DNA of 64,000 bases, taken from NCBI GenBank assembly GCA_963845515.1, contig CAWJSR010000010.1, positions 96,001-160,000 of the forward strand, written 5' to 3'. Below are positions 10,530-20,021 of the stretch, in pieces. The notes beneath the pieces were generated by a model, which was not told where the DNA came from, ran no database searches, and saw only the letters and a program-made list of their open reading frames with translations. The stretch is from an uncultured delta proteobacterium (GTDB lineage: Bacteria > Myxococcota > Myxococcia > Myxococcales > Anaeromyxobacteraceae). Numbering within the stretch: the first letter of the stretch is position 1; each line of letters starts with the position of its first letter. The position numbers and the translations under genes were made by a program.

Positions 10530-11345
10530 TTGGCGTCCGACTTGCAGAACCCGTATACAGATGGACCGCCCTGGAGCCCGATCGTGACCCTGACCCGCCC
10601 AGCCCAGACGCTCGCCGCCGCCGCGCTCGCGACTGCCGTCGTCTTCGCCGCTCCCGTCGCCGCGCTCCAGCCGGGCGAGGAGATCCGGATGTCGGTGAGC
10701 TACCTCCACCTCCCGTCAGGTGAGGGGACCATCTCCATCGGCCAGCCCGACGACAACGGCGTCTGGCCCCTCGTCTTCCAGGGCAAGACCGGCGGCTTCG
10801 TGGGGCTGGTGAACGTCCGGGAGCGGCTCGTCTCCTGGTGGGATCCGCTCAGCCGCCTCCCCTTCGGCTCCAACCTGTCGGCCACCGAGCTGGGCGACAG
10901 GCACGACGACGAGGCCCGCTTCGACCGCGGCGCGCTCAAGGCGACCGTCACGGTCAACCGCAAGGGCAAGGTGCGGACGCGCGAGGTCGACGTCCCCGCC
11001 GACGCGCTCGACCTCCCCAGCGTCTTCATGTTCCTGCGGCTCCAGCCGCTCGCAGTCGGGCAGCACTACTCGGTGCCGGTCCTCGCGGGACGCGACCTCT
11101 TCACGCTCGACGCCGAGGTCGTGAAGGTGGAGCGGCTCGACACCGACATCGGCGAGATCGACGCGCTGGCCGTCCGGGTCAAGACGGGCTTCAAGGGCAA
11201 GTTCGACTCGAAGCGCCCCACCTGGCTCTGGTTCTCGGCCGACGAGCGGCACATCCCGCTCCGGATCTCGGCCGAGTTCGCGGTGGGGAACCTGGTCGCG
11301 TCCATCAAGTCGTACCGGCCGGGCGGAGAGCTCGCAGCTCGTTGA
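10530..11345 (+). CDS. DUF3108 family secreted protein (true start may be near 10584)
   Basis: Signal-peptide-like segment, PGEEIRMSVSY, and C-terminal WFSADERHIPLRISAEFAVG typical of DUF3108. Confidence 0.8.
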   Translation: MASDLQNPYTDGPPWSPIVTLTRPAQTLAAAALATAVVFAAPVAALQPGEEIRMSVSYLHLPSGEGTISIGQPDDNGVWPLVFQGKTGGFVGLVNVRERLVSWWDPLSRLPFGSNLSATELGDRHDDEARFDRGALKATVTVNRKGKVRTREVDVPADALDLPSVFMFLRLQPLAVGQHYSVPVLAGRDLFTLDAEVVKVERLDTDIGEIDALAVRVKTGFKGKFDSKRPTWLWFSADERHIPLRISAEFAVGNLVASIKSYRPGGELAAR

Positions 11346-11400
11346 TCGCGGCGCCACCCGTCCTGCTATCATCGCGGCTGGCCGCACCGGCGGCCGTACC

Positions 11401-12183
11401 GTGATGCTCCCACCCGCGCTCGCGCTCGCGCTAAGCCTGGTCGCAACCCCAGCGGGGCCGGCATGTGCGTTGCCAGCGCTGCTTCCCGAGGGGGCCCCCT
11501 TCCGGACCGGCGAGCTCCTCGCCTATGACCTGGAGCTGGTGCTGGTGAAGGCCGGCCAGCTCACGATGCAGGTCGATCGCCCCATGTCGCGCGGCAGGGT
11601 CCTGCCGCTGAAGGCGCGGGCGCGGAGCACCGCCTCCTTCGCCAACGTGAAGCGGCTGACCGCGGTCGGGCTCTCCTGGGTCGACGCGACTTCGCTCAAG
11701 CCCGAGCGTTACCACGAGGAGGGAGACGAGAACGGGGTGCGCCGCTCGCTCGACGTCCGCTTCGACCCCTCCGCCGACACGGTCACGCTCGACCAGCGCT
11801 GGCGGGACAGGAAGGGCCCGAAGACCTTCCAGCGGCAGGGTGAGCCGCTCGACGTCCTCTCCGCCCTCTACTACCTCCGCGCCGCGCGGCTCGTGCCTGG
11901 GGAGCGGTTCTGCCTCGACCTCGTCGCCGCCGGGCGCTTCTGGCGCGTGACGGCCCAGCTGGCGAGGGGCAGGGAGCGGATCGACACGGCCGCAGGCCGC
12001 TTCGAGACGATCCGGGTGGACATCGAGGCCTCGCGCGCCGACCTCCCGCCCGGAGCGACGGGGCGCACCCGCCAGATCCACGTCTGGCTCACTGACGACG
12101 CGCGGCGGCTCCCGGTCTCGCTGGTCGGGGAGATCGACGTCGGCCCCGTGTCGGCGACGCTCTCGTCCTGGCGCACGCCGAGA
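11401..12183 (+). CDS. Second DUF3108 family protein (3' end approximate; stop apparently lost)
   Basis: PFRTGELLAYDL, DVLSALYYLR, WLTDDARRLPVSLVGEIDVGPVSATL. The ORF reads on past about 12180 into antisense sequence. Confidence 0.75.
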
Positions 12184-12211
12184 CGCCACGGGGCGTGCCG
12201 CCTCGCGCCCG

Positions 12212-12549
12212 CTACATCCGGGCGGCGACCTGGGCAAGCCGACGGCGCACGCTCGCGAGGACGGTCGACAGGTACTCGAGCTGGTCGATGGGCCCGCCCC
12301 CATCGCCAGGGCCATGAGCCGCTCCTGAGAGGTGCGCCCGTCCGAGAGCGTCTTCTCCACCGCCTCGACGTAGGCCTCGACCGCGCCCATGGCGTCGCGC
12401 GCCTCGCGCAGGTCGTCGGAGAGGAAGTCGAGCACCACGTGCTCGCGCGCCGTCGTCCCGGCCAGCCGGCTGCGGAGGGCGTCCACCGCGTCCACGCGGC
12501 GCTCTGCGGGGGCTGCGACGACGGTGGCGACTGCAGCGACGGTCTTCAT
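12212..12549 (-). CDS. Hypothetical helical protein (one frameshift near 12297)
   Basis: MKTVAAVAT...LMALAMG continues in another frame as PIDQLEYLSTVLASVRRRLAQVAARM*; start overlaps the upstream stop (ATGA). Confidence 0.6.
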
Positions 12550-13322
12550 GGCGTTCCTTTCGCCACGGCGGCGGCACGCCGCCGCCGAAGGGCCTCGATG
12601 ACGGCCTGGATGCGTGCAGGGGCCTGTCCCTCGTCGAGCAGGTCGCGGACCTCGCGCGCCGCGACCGCGAGCTCCGCCGGGTCCTCGGCGGAGCCGCGCG
12701 CCCCGGCCAGCGCACGCGCGAGCGACCATTCCTTCGGCGTGGGACCCCTTGCGGCGGCCCGGCCCATCGCGACCGGCCTCGGCAGGGCCGGGGTCGGCGC
12801 CGCGGGAGCTGCTGCGACCAGCGCCGCCCGCCCGAGGAGGACGTCCTCCCCGATCGCCTCTCCGCGCGCCTCACCCGGGAGGTAGACGCGCCAGAGCGTC
12901 CCGCGGTTGTCGCGGTGGAGCGGCTTCAGGAGCCGCCTGGTCACCAGCGCGTCCAGGATCCGGTTGAGCCGGCGTTCGGTGAGCCCCAGCCGGATCATCA
13001 GCTCCTTCTTGCCGGCGCGGCAGTAGTTCCGCCCCTCGCCCCACGCGAGCCGGAGGAGCTGGAGGTAGGCCCCCTGCTCCTCCGCCTTCAGGAGCTCGCC
13101 GAGACGGTCGAAGGCCTCCAGCGGCAGCGCGGCGAACGAGGCGCGAACGCGCACGGCGCCAAGAAGCTCTCCGCCGAACGGGAGCCGGCGCAGCTCGCCG
13201 GGCTCGAGCGACTCAGCCGGGATCGCGGCAGGATCGAGCCGGCTCGTCGCGAGCGACGACGACCCACGGATCCCCTGGTAGTACGCCACGCTCCGCGCCA
13301 CGCCGTCCTCCGACCCACGCAC
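12546..13322 (-). CDS. Putative winged-helix DNA-binding protein
   Basis: Segment AYLQLLRLAW...GKKELMIRLGLTERRLNRILDALVTRRLL...GTLWRV resembles a wHTH; start uncertain. Confidence 0.55.
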   Translation of the reverse strand: MRGSEDGVARSVAYYQGIRGSSSLATSRLDPAAIPAESLEPGELRRLPFGGELLGAVRVRASFAALPLEAFDRLGELLKAEEQGAYLQLLRLAWGEGRNYCRAGKKELMIRLGLTERRLNRILDALVTRRLLKPLHRDNRGTLWRVYLPGEARGEAIGEDVLLGRAALVAAAPAAPTPALPRPVAMGRAAARGPTPKEWSLARALAGARGSAEDPAELAVAAREVRDLLDEGQAPARIQAVIEALRRRRAAAVAKGTP

Positions 13323-13453
13323 CCACCAACCCGAGGGTCGAGCGTAATCGCGAGATATCGGCGGTCAACATTTTGGCGGGACATGCTGTCCCGCCCCGCC
13401 GGCGAAGCCGTCGGGGCCCCACCCTCCGCTGCGCGGGTCCCACCAAAAACAAT

Positions 13454-13493
13454 TCCCTCTCCCCCACCGGGGGAGAGGGAAAGGGTGAGGGGG
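13454..13493. repeat. Palindromic CCCTCTCCC...GGGAGAGGG-N-GGTGAGGG repeat (REP/BoxC-like), copy 1
   Basis: TCCCTCTCCCCCACCGGGGGAGAGGGAAAGGGTGAGGGGG just downstream of the DUF507 gene. Confidence 0.75.
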
Positions 13494-13503
13494 CGCGCGC
13501 GAC

Positions 13504-14022
13504 CTAGATCAGGCCGCGGCTACGCCGCAGAAGCTCGATGGTCTTCGAGTACTCGATGTCCCAGGCCGCAGTGCCTTCCTGAAGGTGCTTCAGGCGGGCG
13601 CGGGCCTCGCGGTCGATGTCCTCGTCAACGTCCAGGTGGCGCTTGAAGATGCCGAAGATCTTCTTCCGGAGGATCTGATCGTCCGAGAAGACCTCCTCGA
13701 CGTTCCGGGAGATGAGCAGGAATTCGATCATCTGGCCGATGACGTACTCGATCCCCTCGTCGCCCATCTTGAAGCCGCGGACGTCGGCCATCTCGCGCTT
13801 CACCTGGTTGAACCGGGAGTGATCGTAGCCGCGGCGATCGAGCGCCTCGCGGGTGGCCGCGTTCACGCGCTCCTCCGCCGCGAGGTACTCCTTCATGATC
13901 GCCTGCATGTCCATCTCGGCGTCCGCGATCCGGAGCGTCTCGATCTCGGCGTCCCCGTCCTGCATGAGGGCCTGGACCACCTCGCGTGCGATTGTAGGGA
14001 TGACCTTGGGATAAAGCCGCAT
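13504..14022 (-). CDS. DUF507 family protein
   Basis: MRLYPKVIPTIAREVV...NVEEVFSDD...IDREARARLKHLQEGT...RRSRGLI matches the deltaproteobacterial DUF507 pattern. Confidence 0.8.
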   Translation of the reverse strand: MRLYPKVIPTIAREVVQALMQDGDAEIETLRIADAEMDMQAIMKEYLAAEERVNAATREALDRRGYDHSRFNQVKREMADVRGFKMGDEGIEYVIGQMIEFLLISRNVEEVFSDDQILRKKIFGIFKRHLDVDEDIDREARARLKHLQEGTAAWDIEYSKTIELLRRSRGLI

Positions 14023-14203
14023 GCGGTGTCCGCCTCCAACAGCCGCGCGGCCAACGCCGCTGCAGTAGCCGTGCGAGGACCGCGGAGCAAAGTAAAGTAA
14101 GGCCGTATAAACCCCGCCGTCCGGGGGAAGGCAAGGAAAAACGGCACCATGCCGATGATTTCAGCGTTGCTTAACTTGGGCGCAGCCCCGCTGGGCAGTG
14201 CCC

Positions 14204-14410
14204 CTAGAAGGTACGCGACGACGGCGGCGGCGCGGAGGTAAGCGCGATCGCGCCCGTGATCCCGAAGAAGAGCGCCGCGGTCCAGACGTTGGACGTGAGG
14301 GCGCAGGTGCCGGTCCGGCAGCCGACGAAGTGCGCGTAGAGCCCTCCGCCGAGGGCGCCCATGGCTCCTCCCAGCAGCGTCCTCCAGTGGCGGCGAAGGA
14401 ACGCGCTCAT
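14204..14410 (-). CDS. Small membrane protein, DUF6132-like
   Basis: MSAFLRRHWRTLLGGAMGALGGGLYAHFVGCRTGTCALTSN...; GCxxGxCx(I/L)TS motif; start overlaps the trxB stop. Confidence 0.75.
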   Translation of the reverse strand: MSAFLRRHWRTLLGGAMGALGGGLYAHFVGCRTGTCALTSNVWTAALFFGITGAIALTSAPPPSSRTF

Positions 14411-15339
14411 GCCCGGCGCTCCTTCACGTACTTCTGCGCGGCGAGGGCCGCGATCGTCCCGTCGGCGACCGCCGTCGTGATCTGCCGGAAGCGCTTCACA
14501 CGCATGTCGCCCGCCGCGAAGAGGCCGGGGACCCTGGTCTCCATCGCCTCCGTGGTCTCGACGTATCCGCCGGGTGCGAGCTCGAGGTAGCCCTTGAGCA
14601 GGTCCGTGCGCGGCGTCATGCCGATGAACTCGAAGACGCCGTCGGTCTGGAGCCGCTTGCGCTCCCCGGACTTGAGATCCTCGACCTCCAGCGCCTCGAG
14701 GCCCCCCTCGCCGTGGAAGGCGCGGGGCTCGTGGGAGAGGAAGATCCTGACCTTCGGGTTCTCGCGGAGCTCGTGGACGCTCGCCGGCTCCGCCTGGAAC
14801 TCGTCGAACTGGTGGATCATCGTGACCGACCTGGCGAACTGCGTGAGGAAGAGCGCCTCCTCGACGGCCGAGTTGCCGCCGCCGATGACGTGGATGTCCT
14901 TCCCGTCGAAGTAGGCGCCGTCGCAGGTCGCGCACCAGGAGATGCCGCGCCCCTTGTACTTCGACTCGCCGGGCAGGCCGAGCTCGCGCGGCCTGGCGCC
15001 CGTGGCGACGATCACCGCCGTCGCCTCGACCTCTTCCTCCTCGTCGAGCGTGAGCTTCTTGACGGGCCCGGAGAGGTCATGGGCGGTGATCTCGACCGCC
15101 TTGGCGATCTTCGCGCCGAAGCGTGCGGCCTGCGCGGCGAAGGCCTGGGCGAGCTCCTTCCCGCTTATGTCCTCGGCGAAGCCCGGGTAGTTGGAGACCT
15201 TGTGCGTCGTCTTCACCTGCCCGCCGGGGATGCTCTCGTCGACGACGAGCGTCTTGAGCCGCGCCCTCGACGCGTAGATGGCGGCGGCGAGCCCCGCCGG
15301 ACCGGCCCCGATCACGATGACGTCGTAGCGCTCTGCCAT
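14407..15339 (-). CDS. trxB: Thioredoxin-disulfide reductase
   Basis: GAGPAG FAD motif, CATCDG redox centre, GGGNSA NADPH motif, FAAGD. Confidence 0.95.
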   Translation of the reverse strand: MAERYDVIVIGAGPAGLAAAIYASRARLKTLVVDESIPGGQVKTTHKVSNYPGFAEDISGKELAQAFAAQAARFGAKIAKAVEITAHDLSGPVKKLTLDEEEEVEATAVIVATGARPRELGLPGESKYKGRGISWCATCDGAYFDGKDIHVIGGGNSAVEEALFLTQFARSVTMIHQFDEFQAEPASVHELRENPKVRIFLSHEPRAFHGEGGLEALEVEDLKSGERKRLQTDGVFEFIGMTPRTDLLKGYLELAPGGYVETTEAMETRVPGLFAAGDMRVKRFRQITTAVADGTIAALAAQKYVKERRA

Positions 15340-15356
15340 TGCCCTGCCCTCTCTCC

Positions 15357-15692
15357 CTACCCGACCAGCGCCTCGACCTGCGCCTTGATTGCGGTCTTCT
15401 TGATCTCCTCGCCAGTCATCCGCTCGCCCACCTCGACGCCGCCCTTGAAGAAGACGAGGGTCGGGCTGCCGGTGACGCCTAGCTGCTGCGCGAGCTCGCG
15501 GTTCCCCTGGCGGAAGACCTTGACGAACCGGACCCTTCCGGCGAACTGCTCCGCGACCGACTCGAACTTGGGTGCGAGCGCCTCGCACGGAGGGCACTCG
15601 GTCGAGTAGAAGTCGAGGACGACAGGGAGCGTGCTCTTCAGCACCTCGGGCTCGTACCGGCTGGTGTCGATCTCCTGGACGTTTTCGCTCAT
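15357..15692 (-). CDS. Thioredoxin family protein (CPPC active site)
   Basis: PVVLDFYSTECPPCEALAP...GSPTLVFFKGG. Confidence 0.92.
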   Translation of the reverse strand: MSENVQEIDTSRYEPEVLKSTLPVVLDFYSTECPPCEALAPKFESVAEQFAGRVRFVKVFRQGNRELAQQLGVTGSPTLVFFKGGVEVGERMTGEEIKKTAIKAQVEALVG

Positions 15693-15703
15693 GGCTTCAC
15701 CGG

Positions 15704-15805
15704 TCAGTCGTGGCAGCCCGTGACCAGGCGCGAGGCCTTCGCGCAGCACTGGGCGGTCTTCTCGGTGGTGCAGCAGGACCTGGCGACCTTCGTCAGCATC
15801 TTCAT
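15704..15805 (-). CDS. Unannotated 33-aa cysteine-rich peptide
   Basis: MKMLTKVARSCCTTEKTAQCCAKASRLVTGCHD*; AAGGAG RBS; fills the gap between the arsM-like gene and the thioredoxin; GC3-rich codons. Confidence 0.7.
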   Translation of the reverse strand: MKMLTKVARSCCTTEKTAQCCAKASRLVTGCHD

Positions 15806-15842
15806 CCGTGACGCTCCTTGGTTGGACTGCGTTGAACCCGCT

Positions 15843-16493
15843 TCACTTCACACCCTTGACGGTCAGGCTCCGGACCTGCACGCCGCCCTTCTCGTAGGGC
15901 TCGGTCCGCTCCAGGATCTCGACGTCGCCGAAGCCGGCGCTGCGGATGGCCGCCACGTACTCGGCCTCGGGGATCGCGCCGCCGTAGCAGGCCGCCCACG
16001 CCGCCGGATCGCTCCGTACGGCCTCGGGGAGCGCTGCCTCCGCGATGACGTCGGAGACGACGAAGCGCCCCCCTTCGCGCAGGACCCGGTGGATCTCGCC
16101 GTAGACCGCCGCCTTTTCGCGGGCGTGGTTGATGGTGCAGTTCGAGATGACGACGTCGGCGAACGCGGCCGGGAGGTCGAGCTGGGCCAGATCGGATTTG
16201 ACGAACGAGACGTTCGCGAGGAAGGGCGGCGCGCTCTTGCGCGCCTTCTCGAGCATCTCCTCGGTGGCGTCCACGCCCACCGCCCGGCCGCGAGGCCCGA
16301 CGCGCCCCGCCGCACGGATCACGTCCTGTCCGCGCCCGCAGCCGAGATCGACGACCGTCTCGCCAACTGCGACCTCCGCGTGGTCGAGCGCGCGCCCGCA
16401 GGAGAGCGAGGTCGAGCAGCAGGAGAGCGCCGCGTAGCGGGAGCTCACGGCGGTCTGAATCGCGCTGGCGTTCGGGATGGAGGTCTCGCTCAT
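15843..16493 (-). CDS. arsM: Arsenite S-adenosylmethionine methyltransferase-like protein
   Basis: SLSCG, VVDLGCGRG SAM motif, DVVISNCTIN and WAACYGGA, which carry the Cys positions typical of ArsM; ATG at 16493 with AAGGA RBS. Confidence 0.75.
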   Translation of the reverse strand: MSETSIPNASAIQTAVSSRYAALSCCSTSLSCGRALDHAEVAVGETVVDLGCGRGQDVIRAAGRVGPRGRAVGVDATEEMLEKARKSAPPFLANVSFVKSDLAQLDLPAAFADVVISNCTINHAREKAAVYGEIHRVLREGGRFVVSDVIAEAALPEAVRSDPAAWAACYGGAIPEAEYVAAIRSAGFGDVEILERTEPYEKGGVQVRSLTVKGVK

Positions 16494-16622
16494 GCCGTCG
16501 TCCTTCTGGGTGGCTTCGGTCCTTGCGACCGTCTGAGCCACGCACCGACCATAGGATTCGGGTGTGCACCCGGGAGGCCGGGACCCACTTTCGCTGTCAG
16601 ACCAGCCTGACACACTCTGCGC

Positions 16623-17441
16623 GTGCGGCGGTTCCTGACACTCGACCTCGAGACGGTCCCCGACGAGGGGCTCGTCGGCGCAGTGGCCGGCGTCCCCGGC
16701 CGTCCCTACGCCGAGCAGCTCGGCCAGGTGGTGGCGGACCGCCGCGCCCGTACAGGCGGTCGCAGCGACTTCCTGCCACTGCCCTTCCACCGGCCGGTCG
16801 CCGCGTGCTCGCTGGAGGCCATCGAGGACGGCGGCGTGGTGACCGTGTCGGACCTCTCCTCCTGGACCGACCGCTCCGGCCCTGGGGACGAGCGGGCCTT
16901 CCTCGAGCGCTTCTGGGACAGGGCCGAGGGGACCACGCTGGTCACCTTCCACGGCCGCGGGTTCGACCTGCCGGTCCTGGAGCTCCGCTCACTCAAGCAC
17001 GCGCTGCCCGTGGGCGCCCTCTCGCGCGGAGACGATGCGTCGGCAGGTCACTTCGACGTCAAGGAGGCGCTCTCCAGCCACGGCGCGGCGCAGGCGGCGC
17101 CGCTGGACCTCTACGCGAAGCTGGTGGGGCTCCCCGGCAAGGGGGAGGTCGTCGGCGCCGACGTGCAGAAGCTCTACGCGGCGGGCGACCTCGACCGGAT
17201 CGCCGCCTACTGCATGACCGACGTCGTCCAGACCTTCCTCCTCTTCCTCCGCTGCCGGCTCCTGGATGGCACGCTGACGCCCGACGGGTACGCCGAGAGC
17301 GCGGCCGCGGCCCGCGCCGACCTGCCCGTCCTCTTCGCGCGACGGCTGCGTGGCGGCGAGCGCCGGTTCCTGGAGGGGTTCGTGGATCGGTGCGCGCCGT
17401 TCTTCGGCGAGGCCGGGCCGCTCCGCCGCGTCGCGATGTGA
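16623..17441 (+). CDS. PolB-like 3'-5' exonuclease (DEDD family)
   Basis: LDLETVPD (ExoI), LVTFHGRGFDLPVL (ExoII), YCMTDV (ExoIII). Confidence 0.88.
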   Translation: MRRFLTLDLETVPDEGLVGAVAGVPGRPYAEQLGQVVADRRARTGGRSDFLPLPFHRPVAACSLEAIEDGGVVTVSDLSSWTDRSGPGDERAFLERFWDRAEGTTLVTFHGRGFDLPVLELRSLKHALPVGALSRGDDASAGHFDVKEALSSHGAAQAAPLDLYAKLVGLPGKGEVVGADVQKLYAAGDLDRIAAYCMTDVVQTFLLFLRCRLLDGTLTPDGYAESAAAARADLPVLFARRLRGGERRFLEGFVDRCAPFFGEAGPLRRVAM

Positions 17442-17524
17442 CGCTGGGGCGGCCTCCCGCGCCGCTTCATTCCGCGCACGCCTTCGGTTAGAACCCTGCA
17501 CCGCCGACCCGGGAGCAGAACGCC

Positions 17525-17797
17525 ATGGACTGGAAGATCTTCGCCTCGACCTTCACCGCCATCTTCCTCGCGGAGATGGGGGACAAGACGCAGCTCGCCA
17601 CGATGACCCTCGCGGCCGGCCACTCGCGCTGGACGATCTTCGCGGGCGCCGCCGCGGCTCTCGTCGCGGCGAGCGCCATCGGCGTCCTCGTCGGCGGCGG
17701 CATCGCCAAGGTGATCCCGCCGATCTGGATCCAGCGGGCGGCGGGCCTGATGTTCGTGGTGATGGGGGTCGTCTTCCTCTTCGGCAAGGGCGACTAG
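17525..17797 (+). CDS. UPF0016/TMEM165/GDT1 family cation transporter, single-repeat form
   Basis: FLAEMGDKTQLA signature; 3 TM, 90 aa. Confidence 0.92.
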   Translation: MDWKIFASTFTAIFLAEMGDKTQLATMTLAAGHSRWTIFAGAAAALVAASAIGVLVGGGIAKVIPPIWIQRAAGLMFVVMGVVFLFGKGD

Positions 17798-17886
17798 CGC
17801 GGCGGGGAAGTCCCCTGCGCTGGGTTGGCATCCTTGCCGCACCCCGGAGCGGGTGCCGACTTCTCGGTAAGTCGGTGCGATGATCA

Positions 17887-18930
17887 ATGGCGTCGGTCCC
17901 CCCGCGGAACGAGGCCCTGCTGATGGCGAGCCAGTCCTCAGCGAATGCGACGCGCGCTCCCCTGAGCGCAGCCGGCGGCGCCGCGGGGAGCGGCCCCTCG
18001 CCGTCGCCGCGCAGGATCTGGGTGGACCTGCTGCTCTACCCGACCCACTCGCTCCCCACGGCGCTGGCGCCCGTCCTCGTCGGCGTCGGTCTCGCGATCC
18101 ACGACGATGCGTTCGCGCCGATCCCGGCCCTGGTCGGCTTCCTCGGCAGCTGGGTCATCCACGTGGCCGGGGTCTTCACCGACAACCACGAGCTGCTCCG
18201 GAAGCACCCCCACCTCCCCGAGCACCCGGAGCTCACGCAGGCGATCCGCGACGGCACGCTGAGGCTCTCGACGCTGAGGGCAGCCATCGCCGGCTGCCTG
18301 GGGCTCGCGCTCCTGGCGGCACCATGGCTCTACGGGATCGGCGGGGCGCCCGTGCTGGCGTTCGGGGCGCTCGGGATCGTGGTCAGCCTCTCCTACGCCG
18401 GCGGCCCGTGGGCCTACGTCAGGCGTGGACACGCCGATCCGATCTTCCTCCTCATGTTCGGCGTCGCGGGCGTGGTCGGCACCTACTACATCCAGCTCGC
18501 CGCGCTCCACGGCGCGCCCGCGCCGTGGCAGCTCCTGGCGTCGCTTCCGCGGACCGCGCTCCTCGTGGGGCTGCCCGCAGGCGCGATCGTGACGGCCGTG
18601 ATGCTCATCGACGACCTCCGGGACCAGGAGTTCGACGCGGCGAAGGGGTGGCGCACCGGCGCGGTGCGCTACGGACCTGGCTGGAACCGGACCGAGATCG
18701 CCTCGCTCCTCGCGTTCGCGTACGTCGCGCCGGTCGGCTTCTGGCTCGCGCTCGGCTTCGACACGTGGGTCCTCCTGCCGCTCGCCTCGGCGCCGCTCGC
18801 CCTCTCGATCGCGCGGGCGATACTGGACATTCGCGAGCGCGCGGCACTCCTCCCGATGACTCCCAGGATGGCTCGACTGGCCGTCATCCACTCGCTGCTG
18901 CTGGCCGTTGGGCTCGCCCTGTCGCGCTGA
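17887..18930 (+). CDS. menA: UbiA-family prenyltransferase, MenA-like
   Basis: Multi-TM; SYAGGP and IDDLRDQEFDAAKGWRTGAVRYG Asp-rich motif. Confidence 0.75.
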   Translation: MASVPPRNEALLMASQSSANATRAPLSAAGGAAGSGPSPSPRRIWVDLLLYPTHSLPTALAPVLVGVGLAIHDDAFAPIPALVGFLGSWVIHVAGVFTDNHELLRKHPHLPEHPELTQAIRDGTLRLSTLRAAIAGCLGLALLAAPWLYGIGGAPVLAFGALGIVVSLSYAGGPWAYVRRGHADPIFLLMFGVAGVVGTYYIQLAALHGAPAPWQLLASLPRTALLVGLPAGAIVTAVMLIDDLRDQEFDAAKGWRTGAVRYGPGWNRTEIASLLAFAYVAPVGFWLALGFDTWVLLPLASAPLALSIARAILDIRERAALLPMTPRMARLAVIHSLLLAVGLALSR

Positions 18931-19070
18931 GCTGCCGTCACGGGGACCCTCCTTGGGGTCCGCGCGGGAGCGCGCGCTGACGTCCCTGAGGGGCATGGCG
19001 GGCCGCGGGGGCGGTTGCCGGCAGCGCGCGGCGGCCGCAACATGGGAGTGGAGAGGGACGCAGGGCTCCG

Positions 19071-20021
19071 ATGCGCATCTCACGCCGCAGCCTGCTGAAG
19101 GGCGCCGTAGCCGCGGGCTCGACCGCGGTCGTTGCCCGCGACGCGGAGGCGCGCGAGCGCGTCGAGCCGCTCCCGTCAGCCGTCGGCCTGCTGTTCGACT
19201 CCACCCTCTGCGTCGGCTGCCGCGCCTGCCAGACCGCCTGCAAGGCGGCCAATGAGCTGCCGCCAGACCGGGTCTCCGTCGACGGAGCTGCCTACGACGC
19301 CCCCCCGGACCTCAACTCGACGACCAAGACGATCATCAAGGCCGCTCCGGCGGGAGGTGGCCTCGCGTTCATCAAGCAGCAGTGCATGCACTGCGTCGAT
19401 CCGTCCTGCGTCTCGGCCTGCATGCTCGGGGCGCTCCACAAGGAGGGGGCGGGCAGGCGCCACATCGAGGGCGAGCGGAAGGGCACCGGGATCGTCCTGT
19501 ACGACAAGTACACGTGCACCGGCTGCCGCTACTGCCAGATCGCCTGCCCCTTCAACGTCCCGAAGTTCGAGTGGCTCGAGCCCTTCCCGCTGATCGTCAA
19601 GTGCGAGCTCTGCCGGCACCGCGCGGACCCGAAGCGCGAGGGAGCGCTGGCCGTCGCAAATCCCGCCTGCGCCGAGGTCTGCCCGCGGCAGGCGGTGATC
19701 TACGGATACCGGGCGGACCTCCTGGCGGAGGCCAGGCGGCGCCTCGCCTCGGAGCCGCAGCGGTACAACGGCCGCGTGTACGGGGAGACCGACGGCGGCG
19801 GGACGCAGGTCCTCGTCCTCGCCGGCGCGGGCGTCTCCTTCGAGCAGCTGGGGTTGCCGCGCCTGCGGGAGCGCTCGCCGGCCCAGTTCTCGGAGAGCGT
19901 GTCACACGCCCCGTACCTGTATGGCTTCACGCCCATCGCGCTCTACGCCGCGTTCTCGCTGATCATCCTCCGCAACAGGCGCAAGGAGCAGCCCGCGGCG
20001 GAGAAGGAGGAGGGTCCGTAG
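19071..20021 (+). CDS. Tat-exported 4Fe-4S protein, HybA/FdnH-like
   Basis: SRRSLLK Tat signal; four Fe-S motifs (CVGCRAC, CMHCVDPSCVSAC, CTGCRYCQIACP, KCELC...PACAEVCP); GETDGGGTQ; C-terminal TM. Confidence 0.9.
   Translation: MRISRRSLLKGAVAAGSTAVVARDAEARERVEPLPSAVGLLFDSTLCVGCRACQTACKAANELPPDRVSVDGAAYDAPPDLNSTTKTIIKAAPAGGGLAFIKQQCMHCVDPSCVSACMLGALHKEGAGRRHIEGERKGTGIVLYDKYTCTGCRYCQIACPFNVPKFEWLEPFPLIVKCELCRHRADPKREGALAVANPACAEVCPRQAVIYGYRADLLAEARRRLASEPQRYNGRVYGETDGGGTQVLVLAGAGVSFEQLGLPRLRERSPAQFSESVSHAPYLYGFTPIALYAAFSLIILRNRRKEQPAAEKEEGP

Noticed and set aside
15704..15706. TGA of the Cys-rich peptide as a possible selenocysteine codon
   Set aside because: Read-through would add only a few residues before another TGA, the following bases serve as the thioredoxin RBS region, and no SECIS-like hairpin is evident.
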